NCBI GenBank assembly: GCA_964106915.2
Contig: OZ066924.1
Source: Podarcis gaigeae
Taxonomy: Eukaryota
Length of the DNA stretch: 64,000 bases
Direction: 5' to 3' (one strand)
The notes under the pieces are model-generated. The model did no database searches. It saw only the letters and a list, made by a program, of their open reading frames with translations, and was not told the origin of the DNA. Both the position numbers and the translations under genes were made by a program. The stretch's first letter is position 1; every line of letters begins with the position of its first letter. Of the stretch, positions 1-13,700 are shown in pieces.

Positions 1-329
1 AATTAGCATTTAGAGTTTGCTTAGCCAATAGCTGGGAAGCATTACATTGTTGTGATACATAACGGAAGTGACCTTCCATTTTGAACCTTCAGATGGTTTA
101 TCCTGGTTGGGTAAAGATGTCCATGCTGCTTTGAAGACACGATAATTTTACTTATCTTAAATAAATCAATTTAGATTTTACTGACATTAACAGTTATTGT
201 CCAGTATCAAGTTTCTTAGCAAGGTACTTGAAAAGGTGGTGGCATTTCAAGTCTAGAGAGTGTGGCATGATACTGAATTCTTCATTCTGTTTCAGCTCAG
301 TTTGCAGCTGCCTCCATCACCCTAGTGTG

Positions 330-720
330 TCCCTTTTGGTTCTCCTGGAACCAATGATTTTCAATCCATTGACCATTGTATGCTTCTGAGTTGCTTTGCC
401 AGAGTAAGAGTTGGGGCAAGGATGTTACAGTGCTCTGATCCATTCTGGGGGAGCATGTCCAGAAGGTGGTGCTGGAAGACTTCTCTGTCCCTTAGCTGCA
501 GGGTATTTTTTTAATCTTGCTCCTTATACATTTTAACATCTGCATAAAACTGCTTGGAAGGGTCACCTGGTGTTTGTGCCAAGCTGTTGCTATTATGCAA
601 ATGACACACCGCTATGACATGTTTTAGTGAACTAATCCTGGGGAGGTTGTGTAATCCCTGAATTGATTTCTGGAGGCAGTTCTTATTTCAATAAGGGTAA
701 ATAAGATGAATCTTAATAAA
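330..720 (+). mobile_element. Old L2-type LINE RT fragment
   Basis: Degenerate remnants resembling FNIxxKxLG and YADDT RT motifs (ttttaacatctgcataaaactgcttgg; tatgcaaatgacacac). Confidence 0.5.
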
Positions 721-1358
721 GATTGTATTTTACTTTTTCTTTAGCTTTTATTTGTAGTTTACACATTTTATTGTAATTATTTTACCTGTTGCTAGAAACT
801 GCTTGGTAGGGACATTGTCCCAAACATTTCTAATTAACTAATAAACCTAATTAATTAGAAACATTTCAAATTAATAAATAACAAAATTTCTGATCTAGAA
901 ACCTGACAATTTAAAATTTGTTTCCTTTCTCCAAAAATATCCTGTGCTTGTAATATGTTTTACAGTCTGCAGCTGAAGGTAGCATTGAACATTGTGGCAG
1001 TTTTATGATGCTTTTTTATTCATCCAACTCCCTTGCCAACTCTGCCTACCCCTCACCAAATCCTACACCCTCTTGGATCTTGCCAAACCCACCTACTCCC
1101 TTTAGAGCTCTGCAGACCACTCTCCCCTCCCCTCCAGCTCCCTTGGAAGAGTTCCTCTGCAGCTCACTGGGGCCTTCATGCTACATCCATTTCTCTCTTC
1201 TCTTTCATCCACACCCTCCAGTGCGGAGGCTGAAATGCTGTCATCACTGTGAGGTGGACCGCAGCAGAGTAGGATAGTTGCATGGGAGCTGCCCTAGACT
1301 ATCCTGAATATTCCTCCCTGGATTGCTTGTCTGTTTGATTCTGTCTCTCTTCCACCTT

Positions 1359-1590
1359 GATTTATATCCCGCCTTTCACTCCCTTTAAGGAGTCTCAAAG
1401 CGGCTAACATTCTCCTTTCCCTTCCTCCCCCACAACAAACACTCTGTGAGGTGAGTGGGGCTGAGAGACTTCAAAGAAGTGTGACTGGCCCAAGGTCACC
1501 CAGCAGCTGCATGTGAAGGAGCGGAGAGTCGAACCCGGTTCTCCAGATTACAAGACTACCGCTCTTAACCACTACACCAAACTGGCTCTC
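1359..1590 (-). mobile_element. tRNA-derived SINE, Squam3-like
   Basis: Minus strand GAGAGCCAGTTTGGTGTAGTGG (A box), GGGTTCGACTC (B box), CORE-like middle, L2-like tail. Confidence 0.8.
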
Positions 1591-1718
1591 AGTAGTGTGA
1601 CATCACATTAGTTAGCAGCAGCGTCCCTCAGCAGTCAAGCGAACAGCTGTGTGACGACAGCCTTACTCTTTTACTGTATGTTAAGAAATGTATTGACTAT
1701 TGGCTGAAATTTATTTAG

Positions 1719-1799
1719 GTGAGGAGCAATTTCTAATAGGGTCTTATAAAGAATCAGTGGAGGCATGGGAGAGAGCTCTTCAAGAAATAAAAGGAAAAG
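1719..1799 (+). CDS. CPLANE1: CPLANE1 exon (window #1)
   Basis: ag|..|gtaagg; [27 protein letters not shown]. Confidence 0.9.
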
Positions 1800-4700
1800 G
1801 TAAGGTAATAAGAAACTCTAAGCTTATTCTCATTGAAAAAGTGTTCTAGAGAAAGCGTAATAAATTGTGCAGTGGACATTTATTTTCTTCTATACATTGG
1901 CATAAACGTATGGAAGAAAATTTCTATACATTTTAAAACCTAAAACGGTCGTTTTTAGAGACCTGCCTTTTTCATAAGTCTATTGAGTGGCAACTCCTCT
2001 GCCAAGCCCTCTGCTTAGAGAACACTATTCCCAAAGAGGTTTGCCTTTCATGCACATTAACATCCCTTTGGGGTCAAGTGAAGACCTTTCTGTTCTCTCC
2101 AGCCTTCAGTTAGTAATATATTCCTACTGCTGGAGTTTTTAGTTTGTTGATTCTTATATTAATCATGCTTAAATGTTTGGGAAAGATGGATTTTTGCTTT
2201 TAGGTTTGATCGCTTTTAGTCTAGTTGATTGTTGGTACTTTTATATTTGTATAACAACAACAACAACAACAATTTATTATTTATACCCCGCCCATCTGGC
2301 TGAGTTTCCCCAGCCACTCTGGGCGGCTCCCAATCAAGTGTTAAAAACAGTACAGCATTAAATATTAAAAACTTCCCTGAACAGGGCTGCCTTCAGATGT
2401 CTTTTAAAGATAGGATAGCTGCTTATTTCCTTTACATCTGAAGGGAGAGTGTTCCACAGGGTGGACGCCACTACCGAGAAGGCCCTCTGTCTGGTTCCCT
2501 GTAACCTCACTTCTCTCAATGAGGGAACCACCAGAAGGCCCTCGGCGCTGGATCTCAGTGTCCGGGCTGAACGATGGGGGTAGAGACGCTCCTTCAGGTA
2601 TACAGGACCAAGGTATACGTAATCTGTTGCTAAAGAATTCTTTGTGCTTCTTGTAAATTGCCTAGAGACCTTGGTATAAGATGACAAGTGAGTCAAAAAC
2701 ATTTGTATCTAAGTTTTAGCTTTTTGAAAAATGGCAACCCTAGTTTACAGTGTTAAGAGTAGAACTGGGAAGATTCATATTCAAATGTCCACTCAACCAC
2801 AAAGCTTCATATGTGATGTTTATCACCTTAGCATTCATTACAGAGTTGTTGTTTGGAGAGGGATCCCACATACATCATTCTGAGCTTCTTGGAGGAAGGC
2901 TGGGATATAAATGCAATAAATTAAAGCAAATGTTAGGTTTGACCATTGCATTTCTTCTGTCACAGTAACTGGAGAACCTTCACCTTTTCAACTTCTCTTT
3001 GCTTTGTGTCTTTTGAAGTACTGGAGTTGAAGAGCATTATTCAAACAATATGGACCCATTCCTGTTTGAATTACTGTTAACAGTAACCATGAAAAAAATT
3101 CAATGGAGTTGGTTTTGGTCCTGTATAATCCTATTCACCTTATTTGTTCCTTCTGTATGTGATAGTACATCTGTGGGTGGGTGAGGAGAGCTTAGTACAC
3201 TCATATAGGTTGGGTTTATTTTTCATTACATCCCCAGGGTTTATATTTTTAACTGGATAATTATTTTGCTTTTTAATACAGGAGGCAAGAGAATACCTTT
3301 TCTTCAAACTCGATATTATCTTGCTATATTATATTGCCATCTATATCACTACAATGTAAATGAGGCTCAGGGTCTGTGTGATCATCTAGTGAGCGAGCTT
3401 CTAAAACGAACTCAAATATCTGAAAGGGATGATGTGTCAGGTATGTGAATGTGGAATATCCTAGTATAGTTAAATGAATGATGTGTAACATAATTTGTCA
3501 TTTTATCCCATTATTTAAAACTGTAACATTATTGCAATAGAGTGGTATTTTTGTTGTTTTATAGTGATTATAGAATTTATATTTAAGACTTGACTAAGCA
3601 TCTGTTAGTTGCTTAATTTTTAAAAGTCCCTTTAAGAATCCTTTATCTATTTTAAATATATCTTTCCCTCAGAATTGTAGAAGTATGGTGACAAACAGCT
3701 GTCTTTTATAGTTAGCAAGCTGGTTAAAAGATCAGATTTTAAAGTCCCATTAGTTTGAATGAGATATTGTCCTTCAAGCTTAATATCTGGCTGTGATTTA
3801 ATAACACTATAGTTTGGTATAATCAAGTACAGTGTAACGTTGCAATCATATATGCACTTTTTTGAAAGTAAGTCCTGTTGGACTTAGTGGGACTTGTACC
3901 TCAGTAAATAAATGTAGGATTGCACAGTTAATCAGGTTTTATTGTTATTAAATTCTTACTAAAGGAATTCTATAGAGTGAAGCTTACGTATGAGTTGTCA
4001 TCATGCAGGAAGGCAAAGTTGATGTACAAAAGAGGCTTCTAGGGTTTTATTTTGGAAAGACCAAATAATTCTTTCAGCACAATATGTAATGTACCTTTGC
4101 CTTAAGTAGCAATGAGGGTTGATAGGCTTGAATTTATCAGCTATATCTTTTTATTTCTATAGCAGATATTTTGTTTATGTAAGACTCTTTAAACTCTTTT
4201 AGGTGCTGAGCAGATGATAACAGATGTTCATACTGAAGCTATATTAGCAGTGGTTCAGTCTCTGGCACGATTCATGGCAGCTTACTTCACTAATGAACCA
4301 CTTTATGTGCTTCCTCCACATAATGTTGATGTTTTACCCTCGCTTCATATCAGACAAGGTATTCTGTTAATGCTGTCACATGTACTGGTTTACTATCATC
4401 CAGACAGAGTTAGGATTTCAAAGCCCCATTGATGTTAGTGGAAGAAGAGTTTTCCTCAAAACTTCATATCTGCCATTTTTATATTAGTTTAGAGTCTCTT
4501 GTCTCAGGCTCATTTTATAAAAATCTCTAACCTCCCCTCCACACACACACACATTAGAGTAATAATCCTTCCTTCTCTTATCTTGTGTAATTTTTTGAGT
4601 GAAGATTGACTTTCCTTTATGAATGTATTTCTCATTATGAGTTTTTGATGTGCATTCACATTTCTGTTCTAGCACAAACAATTAAAAATAAGTGGGGAAA

Positions 4701-7700
4701 GGGAAGAGCAGCAAAAATCAAGAGTCATGGTAATTCCCATAAAAAGCATGGTCTGAATGATACATTGCATTATGAAGACTGTAATTCACACTTAGTAAAG
4801 GTAAAGGTACCCCTGCCCGTACGGGCCAGTCTTGACAGACTCTGGGGTTGTGCGCCCATCTCACTCAAGAGGCCAGGGGCCAGCGCTGTCCGGAGACACT
4901 TCCGGGTCACGTGGCCAGCGTGACATGGCTGCTCTGGCGAGCCAGAGCCGCACACGGAAACGCCGTTTACCTTCCCGCTGGTAAGCGGTCCCTATTTATC
5001 TACTTGCACCCGGAGGTGCTTTCGAACTGCTAGGTTGGCAGGCGCTGGGACCGAGCAGCGGGAGCGCACCCCGCCGCAGGGATTCGAACCGCCGACCTTT
5101 CGATCGGCAAGTCCTAGGCGCTGAGGCTTTAACCCACAGCGCCACCTGCGTCCCTTGTAATTCACACTTACTTGCGAGTAATTCAATTGGAACTCAGGGG
5201 ATTTTCCACTTAAAGATGTGTAGAACTCATTTGGAAATCATACAGGAAGCAGTTAACAACAAAGCAAACATAGCTAACTAATAAACCTCCTTTGTATCTT
5301 AGACAGGTGTCTTCGTATTGTCCCACTACAGCACTCCATAGTCACCAATGCAGTTAAGGACCATGGTCTCTCGTGCGTCTGGACAGTTGAATATGCTCTT
5401 GATTTGTTGCTTGTTGGTGGACTAATTCCGGAAGCTGTGTGGCTAGCACATAAACTTGGAGACTGGAAAATGGCTGTTTCAGTTGGGGTGGCTTATCAAC
5501 TGTATTGTCAACGTAGCAGTGGCTTCCCAATGTAAGTTGTGTTGGTATAAATTACAGAACTGCATGCTGCAGTGTTATTTTGCTTATGGACATATAAAAT
5601 CTACTATTTACAATAAAATTAACTGAATGCCTTTATATCTATCTTTTATTATTCCTATTTTTTGTAAAAGAAAAAAGATGACATTGTCTTGTGTTGGTGA
5701 TTTGGACAATAGTAGTTTGGAAAAAGATATGCTCTTTGCTCCTTTGACTCCTGCCCTCAACCTGATTCTTTCACATAGAGATAAGGAGGGCTCTGCAAGG
5801 AGTGCAGTATTATTGGGTGGTGGAATGATTAGGACAGATAATTTACATCTATTAACTGAAAGGCATAGTTCCCAGGAGTGCCATATAAACATAGCTTGAT
5901 AATGACAGTGGTGTCTTCCATTCTATAATTCCAGTGGTGGTGGGTGCATCTAGCTCAGTGTTTCCCAACCTTGTGCCTCCAGCTGTTTTTGGACTACAAT
6001 TCCCATCATCCCTTGCCACTGGTCTTGCTAGTCAGGGATGATGGGAGTTGTAGTTCAAAAACAGCTGGAGGCACAAGGTTGGGAAACACTGATCTAGCTG
6101 ATAGCTGCAGTAATTGTAACATGATAGCTGCAGTAATTGTAACATAAGGTTACCAGATTTTTTCCAATGAATCCGGGGACACATCTCAACTTCAATGGAT
6201 TTTGTATGGGGACTCATTTGTAAATCCGAGGACTGTCTCCAGGAAATGGGGATGTCTGGTAACCTTATTGTAACATCAGTTGAGCAAAGCAATCGTTAGC
6301 CTTCTGGTCACCAATTATGAAGTATCTGTGTCCACCATTTGAAAGTATCAAAAATACCAAGTGGGAAAGAACTGGTCCTAAAGCCCTTCAGATCATTACA
6401 CAATACAGATGTTCTCTGTGCCTGTCATACTTTTTGAATTGTCACTGTACTTCCATAGATCCCATATATAACTGCACAGAAGTCATTCAGAGAGCAACAG
6501 TTAGAGACAAGCTAATCTCTTTTTCTTGATTCACTCTCAGGTCACAAAAAGTAGAATTCTGCATGCCATTACACTTGACTCCAACACAAATCTTTCAAGA
6601 AAAATTACAATCTTTTTTGGGCAAGCCAATCAACAGTGAAACATCAAATGAAGGAGACCCCAAATGCAAACAGTTCACAGGTGTGCAATTTATACATCTG
6701 AGTTCATTTTCTTGAAGTTGTTTTTTAACACATTTGTGGAAATGGTATGATTTCATGCAGTTATCCACCCTTTTCCATGATCAGGGAATGACCAGAGATG
6801 CTAGACCAGACATGCTAATGTGAATGCCATTTGTTTAATTATCTGTTCAGAGTTTCTGCATGTCCATGTTATTCCTTTACACTCTTCTGCATTTTTTATA
6901 TGAACTATGATTCAATTCTCATTTAGATGGGAGATCTGTGTTTGGACTCTAGTATGCCAGTCTTCATGTGGGACTCACATAGCTGTATGGAAGAAAGGCT
7001 CTAGCCTAGCCAAAACAATTATATGAAGTAGCCTCTACTTGTAAAGTTTTTTCACCTCAATAGGTTGCAATTTGGTAAATCTGTGTGCAAACAAGTGTAC
7101 CATGCACATACTCAGAGATTGCCTCATGCATGCGTATAGAACTTTGTAAGATAGCAGTAGGCCTGAGCGATATATTGATGGCATGGTGCCCACAGTCTTG
7201 AAAGAAGCAATACTCTGTCCACTCATTGAAAATCCAGCACTGGACCCAATGGAATGCAGCAGCTGTCAACAACATGCTAACACTCCATTTTGGAATAAGG
7301 TGGTGGAGAGGGTCATGCAGAGCATCTATCTACAGATGTTTCTGGAGGAAGCAAATTGTCTAGAATAGATCCATTTCATTCTGGGTTCAGGCTCAGATTT
7401 TGGACTGAATCATCATTGGTTGCCCTGAGGAATTACCTTCATCAGGAGAGAGATGAGACAGGAGGAGTGTGACTGTCTCTTCTACCTGAGCTTTTAATAC
7501 CATTAACCACAGTATCCTGCTGGAAAATTTGGGGCATTGTGTCACCTTGGTTTTCATCCTACTTGCAAACTCATGTCCAGAGATTAGTATTAGCAAACTG
7601 CTCTTTGAGCCCCTGGTGGTTATGTTTTAGGGTCCCATAGAGCACTATTCCCCCCAGTGCTATTCAGCATTGATTGGAAGCATTATTAATGCATTTGCTT

Positions 7701-10700
7701 TATTACTTCCTCTGCTGTCTGTCTTTAGATCCTATTGAAGAGGAAGATGTAAATGTAATTTTTAGTTCAATAGAGGAAATACTGAAAGCAGCTGTTATGG
7801 CAGGAACAGACATACTGTCAGAGACATTTCAACTTTTGGTGGACTCTGCCAAGGACCTGAGCAGAAAGTTTTGTGGTTTGGTGCCTGATGGCTTATATCT
7901 TCCTGCACCACCCTTATATTGTCCTCAACCATCATTTCCTGGTGAAGTAAGTATATTTGGAAGCCATTTGATTGCTTCTTCTACTTTGTCTACACTTGAC
8001 CTGAATTAGATGTTTCTTTTGCTTTTGGATTTTGAAACCATCCTGCTTTGGGGGAGGGGTTTGGGGGGAGTCCATTAAGCTTTTCTTAGAATTCCAGCCA
8101 TAAATATAAAAAAGGGGTTAGGGTGGAGATAATTGAGTGGAGAATCTGCATTGTACTTGTCATTTTCATTGTTCATTGTCATACCCTTTATCCCCTTTTA
8201 ATTTTGCAATATTTAGGAAGAACACATCGATTTAGCATTAAGAATGGAGAGAGTTTGTCGGCAGAAGGTATCTGGAGTTGTTCAGCGAATTCTTCTCCTT
8301 TTTCGGGCAGCACACTGTTCTTTCCCTGCTGCTCAGTGGTATATTGTGCAGCTGAAACGGGCACGGAAAATAATGCAAAAGGTATACTGATGAAATTGCT
8401 TTAAACTTTTCTTATAACTGATAATAACTAACTTTTGTAGGCTGCTAAATATGGTTGTGATTTTTTATTGATTTTATTGTTTTTTTGTAAGCCACTTTAC
8501 ATGGTGAATAAATTTTATGAAATAAGTATAAGGTGGGATCTATAAAATGCAGCTCAAGTGTCAATAGGCAGGGTAAAGAGGTGCAGACTTAGCATTTGAT
8601 GGAAGGAGTATAATGAAGTGCCAGATGCACCTCTGTGGGGAGTGAGTTCCACAGCTTAGGGGCCACCACAGAAAATGCCCTCTCCCGGGCTGCCAGCCCT
8701 CAAGCCTCTGAGGGCAGAGAAAGTACCAAGTGGGCCCCCTCTGCCAATCTCAGCACTCAAGAGGGTCTATAGGGAGGGAGGCAAGTCTTTCAGATATTTG
8801 GGGCTTTGAATCTTGGTTGGAAAGGGGGGACATGTAATAAAAAGGAGAATTCCTGGTTGCCTAGATCCAGGTTTGGGGCAAGAACTCTTTGGTGTGAGAA
8901 CCCCAGCAAAGATTTAAAAATAAAATATGCAACAAAGTAAAGCATGTAATTATAGACTGTTAGACCTTTAAAATATCCCTTTCTAAGTTGCTTCCAAAGT
9001 TCCTCTCTTTCCTTAGCTTAGAAAGAGACCACACGTTTGGTAAGTAAAAAATGGCTTACAGTGGAACCTCGGGTTGCGAACGTGTTCTGTGCGGGAGGCA
9101 TGTTCACAACCCGCAGCACTGTGTCTGCGTACTCGCGTGATGCAGTTCAGCACTTCTGCAAAGCATGATTTAGCGCTTCTGTGCATGCGCGAGTGCCGAA
9201 ACCTAGAAGTAACCCGTTCTGGTACTTCCGGGTTCGGCACAGTCTGTAACCCAAAAACATGCAACCCAAGGTATGACTGTACTTACAAATTATTCAAAGG
9301 TCAGATTCATGTGCTTTTCCATATAGCATTAAGAAAAGACAAAATATAGATTCAAAAGTGATGAATGTTTCTAAAATATTTGCATAGAAACACAAAGATG
9401 GTTTTGTAGAAAACCATGCAGTCTGAGCTTGCAGCAACCAGCCCAGACCAATTTACATGTCAGAGTTCACATGGTAGAGTGATGGGGGGACAAAAAGCTT
9501 AATAAACCTTGATAACTTTTCCTCCCAAGGTATGGGGGAGTGACTTAACTAGGCCAGGCAGGACAGCATACTCTTCATACATTACCCCTTCATTCATTAA
9601 TTAAATGTAAGCAAGTTGGTAATATGAGGCTGATTATCTCATAAATCCCTTCCCAGGCAAATATAACAATTGCATGTAAATTAATGAACCACCCAGAATC
9701 CCATCTTGACGAGAAGGTTCTTGAAACTCTCCTAGTAGGGGCTTGGTGAGAATGTCGGCTTTCATTTCTTTGGTTTGACAGTGTGCCAATTCAACAAGTT
9801 CATCTTATATCACCTGACTCACATAGTGGTATTTCATCCTAATAATGTGTTTAGTTCTTGCATGAAACTTCTTGCTCTGAGATAATTTTGAATAGCTTTG
9901 GATGTGCTCCATCAATCAGACAGGTTTCTCCCCAAACAACCCAAAGTCCATAGTCTGTTGGTCAATCCAGACCAGTTTTCTGCATGCCTCTGTTTCACCT
10001 GTGTACTCGGACTCTGTGGAAGAAAAAGCTACAGTAAACAAGACCCAGTAAACAAGACCATTTTCAAACATAAAGAGAAAGCCACCTGTTGATTTGTAAT
10101 CCTTTATGTCTCTGGCCTAGTCAGCATCCATGTAACCTAGATGAAAATGCTTCTTTGGGGATATGTAACAATGTCCAGACGTTCCAGAAATGAGAACTTG
10201 GGACACATAACAACTCAGTCTTTTCAGGAACACTTGCTTATCTAAATTGTTCTCTTGTAACCTTTGCTTTTTTCCACTCTTTCAGATTCGCAAGAAAGGT
10301 GCTCTTCCCTCATTAAGTGCTCTTCCAGAAAATTTGCTTAATTATTCTAAATGTCATACAGTGTTCTTAAGGCCTACATCTTCTGGTGATCATGGACTTG
10401 ACAGTGTTTCATGTAAAACTATAGGTTTGTATCTAGAGAAAAGTGCACAGATGCTGTAAATTGTTGAAATGGAGTAAAAGGTCAAGTTGGAGTGGCAATG
10501 CCTATTCACAATGGTCCTTTTGAAACACCCACCCTTCGTTCTGAAGGTATTTGTCTACTAGTTTAGCCAATGAGCCTAGAAAATAGCAAAGACCCTTTGT
10601 TCCAACTCCTTGCCATTTTACTGATCACTTACTGTGAAAGCTACCTTTGTTCTCCTAAGACTTGAAAATGATGTACTAAATATAATATTTGACCTGTTGT

Positions 10701-13700
10701 TGAAAAGAGTATAAAAACAAAGAGTCAGATTCTCAGCTCCAGTTCTTTTCATGTTGACTTTCAATCAATAGACAGGTCTGTCCACTAGAAGTACTTTAAG
10801 GGTGTATTCATCAAAGTTAGGAGGAACCTCTTGCGAAGCACAGCCAGTTCAGTCGCCACATGTAAAGAATCATTTTTTTCTTTGGGGGCTTTTATGTCAT
10901 GAAACAGTGCTGAACAGAAGTTCATGAAGCTTCCTGCAGACATCTAAAGTGAATGTAGTCTGATCAATGTGAATTTTGCAGAAAAAACATTTGATTTTCC
11001 TCTCCCTTGATGAAATGCCACCCGATGCAAAATTGTATTCCAACATGAATGCACCATTATAAGCTATAGGAGTTTGTAGGCTACTTTAATTTGCCCCAAA
11101 TCTGGGAATGTGGTCAGATTTATTTAAGAACCTGGAAGGTGCAATGAACCACTTTATCACCTAAATCTTTGTTTCCCTTTTATGTACTAATCCTGTCTTT
11201 TCCCCCAGGAAAGTCTATCAAATATTGCTTGCCCATAGGATGAGGAATATACTTAAAAATTAGTATTTCCAATTGAAGCTTATTGACAAAACATGCTGCT
11301 ACAACAGTCTGTGAGCAAAGATCATTTTTTAAAACCAACATTTTGTTTAGATACTGCCACTTATAAGTTAATGATTTTTAGTGAAAATGTTGATAATTTA
11401 TATTTATTTTACAACATTCTTGTTCTCTTGCTTGATCAAAACTTTATCTCACTGGCTTCCTCTCACAGCATGCTTTAGAGAACTATGCGCATTGTGTTGG
11501 ATGTTTCATGTTCGTGAAAGATTATCTGACAGTTGCAGACGGTACCAAACTGCAAGAGAGAACTTGGAAAATCAGAAGGTAATATTAATAGCATAGAACT
11601 TTAACATCATAGGCAACTATACTGTCATCTCTCCATTGCTCTTAAATGGCCATCTTATAAATGGCATGTTTGTGCTAAAAAAAAAAAAACAACAGCCAGG
11701 ACTGAGGCTCAGAATATAGATACAATGCAGACGTCTTAATTTTAGCCCAGATCCACCCCACTCACTTGTAAAATGGGTGTACGTGTCCAGTTTTAAAAGC
11801 CAAAGCAGAGTTTGTAGCAGTGCTGAACTCTTTCCACAGCCTGCACTCTCAGGCATGCTTAGGAAGCTGCCTTATGCTGAGTGAAACCAGTAGTCCATCT
11901 AGCTCACTATTGTCAGGAGTCTCTTACAATCCTACCTGGAGATGCTGAGGATTGAACCTACCACCTTCTGCATTCAAAGTAGATGTTATTCCCCTGAGCT
12001 ATAGCCCTTCCTCTAAATTTTCTGAGTGTGGGGTGGGGGACATAGAAGCATCAGAACTGAAGACAGTCTCCAAGTCTTCAGGCATGTCCTCTGTTTACCT
12101 GGGGCTTGCCAGGTGAGAAGCTGCACACATCTCTCAAGGACCGAAAAGAAACAGAGAACATGTTCATGTATCTTCCAGTTGAACTTGCTTCTAGTGTTGA
12201 GTATCATCTGGGGGAAATGTGGAGGAAGGGAAGCTTGTGGAGGGGGAGAGTTTAGTTTTCCTAACCTATGCTCTCCTTTTTGCTCCTAAAGTTGGGACTT
12301 GAACCCAATTCCACATTTTATATGTTATTGGGACATACCGAGGTTTAAACAAACAGGTCTGCTGCCATCACAGGTAGTTTGAGACTTTTACACCTATTGC
12401 TTTGTGTTATTTCTTTAGGAATGTAAGACAACTGAATTTGATGCCTGTATAGTTGAACACTCTTTCAGTGCATTGGAGTGGGCTTGCCGAATGCTCCCTT
12501 TTGCTAGGTTCATGAATGTTGAAGAACTTGTACAGGATATCATTTTAAGCCTTACTGGAGAATTGCCACCAACCAAAAAGGTAATATTACCTAGATCAGA
12601 AATTATAGGGGATTACAGAGTTTAGCTTCCTTTATTAATATTTTCTTTTTCGTGTTTGTTGTTGTGTGTAGATCTTCCAGAACCTATGTTAAGCAGCTTA
12701 AAATTATCTTGACATTGCTCTTTTGTACAGGTGGCAGAAATTTTGGTGAAAGCATTTCCAAACCCTGATGATGTAAGAGTCCCATTAAGAGATAAATATA
12801 ATGCTCTGCACCAGCGACTTAGACACTGCGTAGTCAAAGGTACCATTAGTGGTGATGAAGAAAACAAAGTGGACAACTAACTTATCCACATTTTTCTTTA
12901 AAAAAAAACAACACAAAGCAAACCAAAAAACCACCCCTTCCTTGGAAAGTGGTGGAATGTTCAAAGGGTGGAAATGTTCAAAGGGTCATATGTTATTTGA
13001 AAGGCATTTTGTATGTATTTGTTTACATATACTGTAGTCTCTGTAGAAAAAACATAGTAACAAATCTTATGTCTCTTTGATTAGGTCCCAACAATGAAGA
13101 AATAATGTCTGTTGTAATACAGGCTTCGCATAAAGTGAATATGAAAACATTAAAGCGTGTGATAAGGAATATAGGACGCCATCAAAGAAGCATCTGGGAG
13201 CCACCAGAAGAGGAGACACAAGATCCTGAAGCTTATTGCTATGATAGATTTTCTTTGGGGACTAGTGTAAGCAGAAGCACAATTTCAGATCTGGGAAACT
13301 CTCAGGTTTATAGTGATGCTGAAACAGCAGACTCAATCTCAGAAGCTTTGCTGATGGAAGAAACAAGAAGGCACATTTCTTCACAGACGCAAGAACATCA
13401 CAAGTATGAGTTTATGATATTGCTGAACATAGTTCATTTCACCTTCCAACCCTTCATAGCAAGTTAATACTTGGGCAGTCGAGAAAAGTCCAATGTAACT
13501 GCTCCGCATGGTTAATTGGAAATAAGCTGCACTGTATTCAGTGGAGTGTATTCCCAGTTAGGGGTGCATTGGATAGTAACAAGCAATTCTGCTTCTGTAG
13601 CTCCATCAGTGTGGGAACTACATGGAAACTTAGCAGAGTAGTAGTAGTAACTACTATACTACTATTATTATTATTAATAATAATAATTTTATTTGTAGCC

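Noticed and set aside
1005-1277. Pro-rich 90-aa ORF
   Set aside because: C/T-rich intronic low complexity; no fit to the CPLANE1 phase chain and no recognisable homology.
4163-4178. Possible microexon before exon #3
   Set aside because: Would leave a 24-nt intron; read-through frames contain stops.
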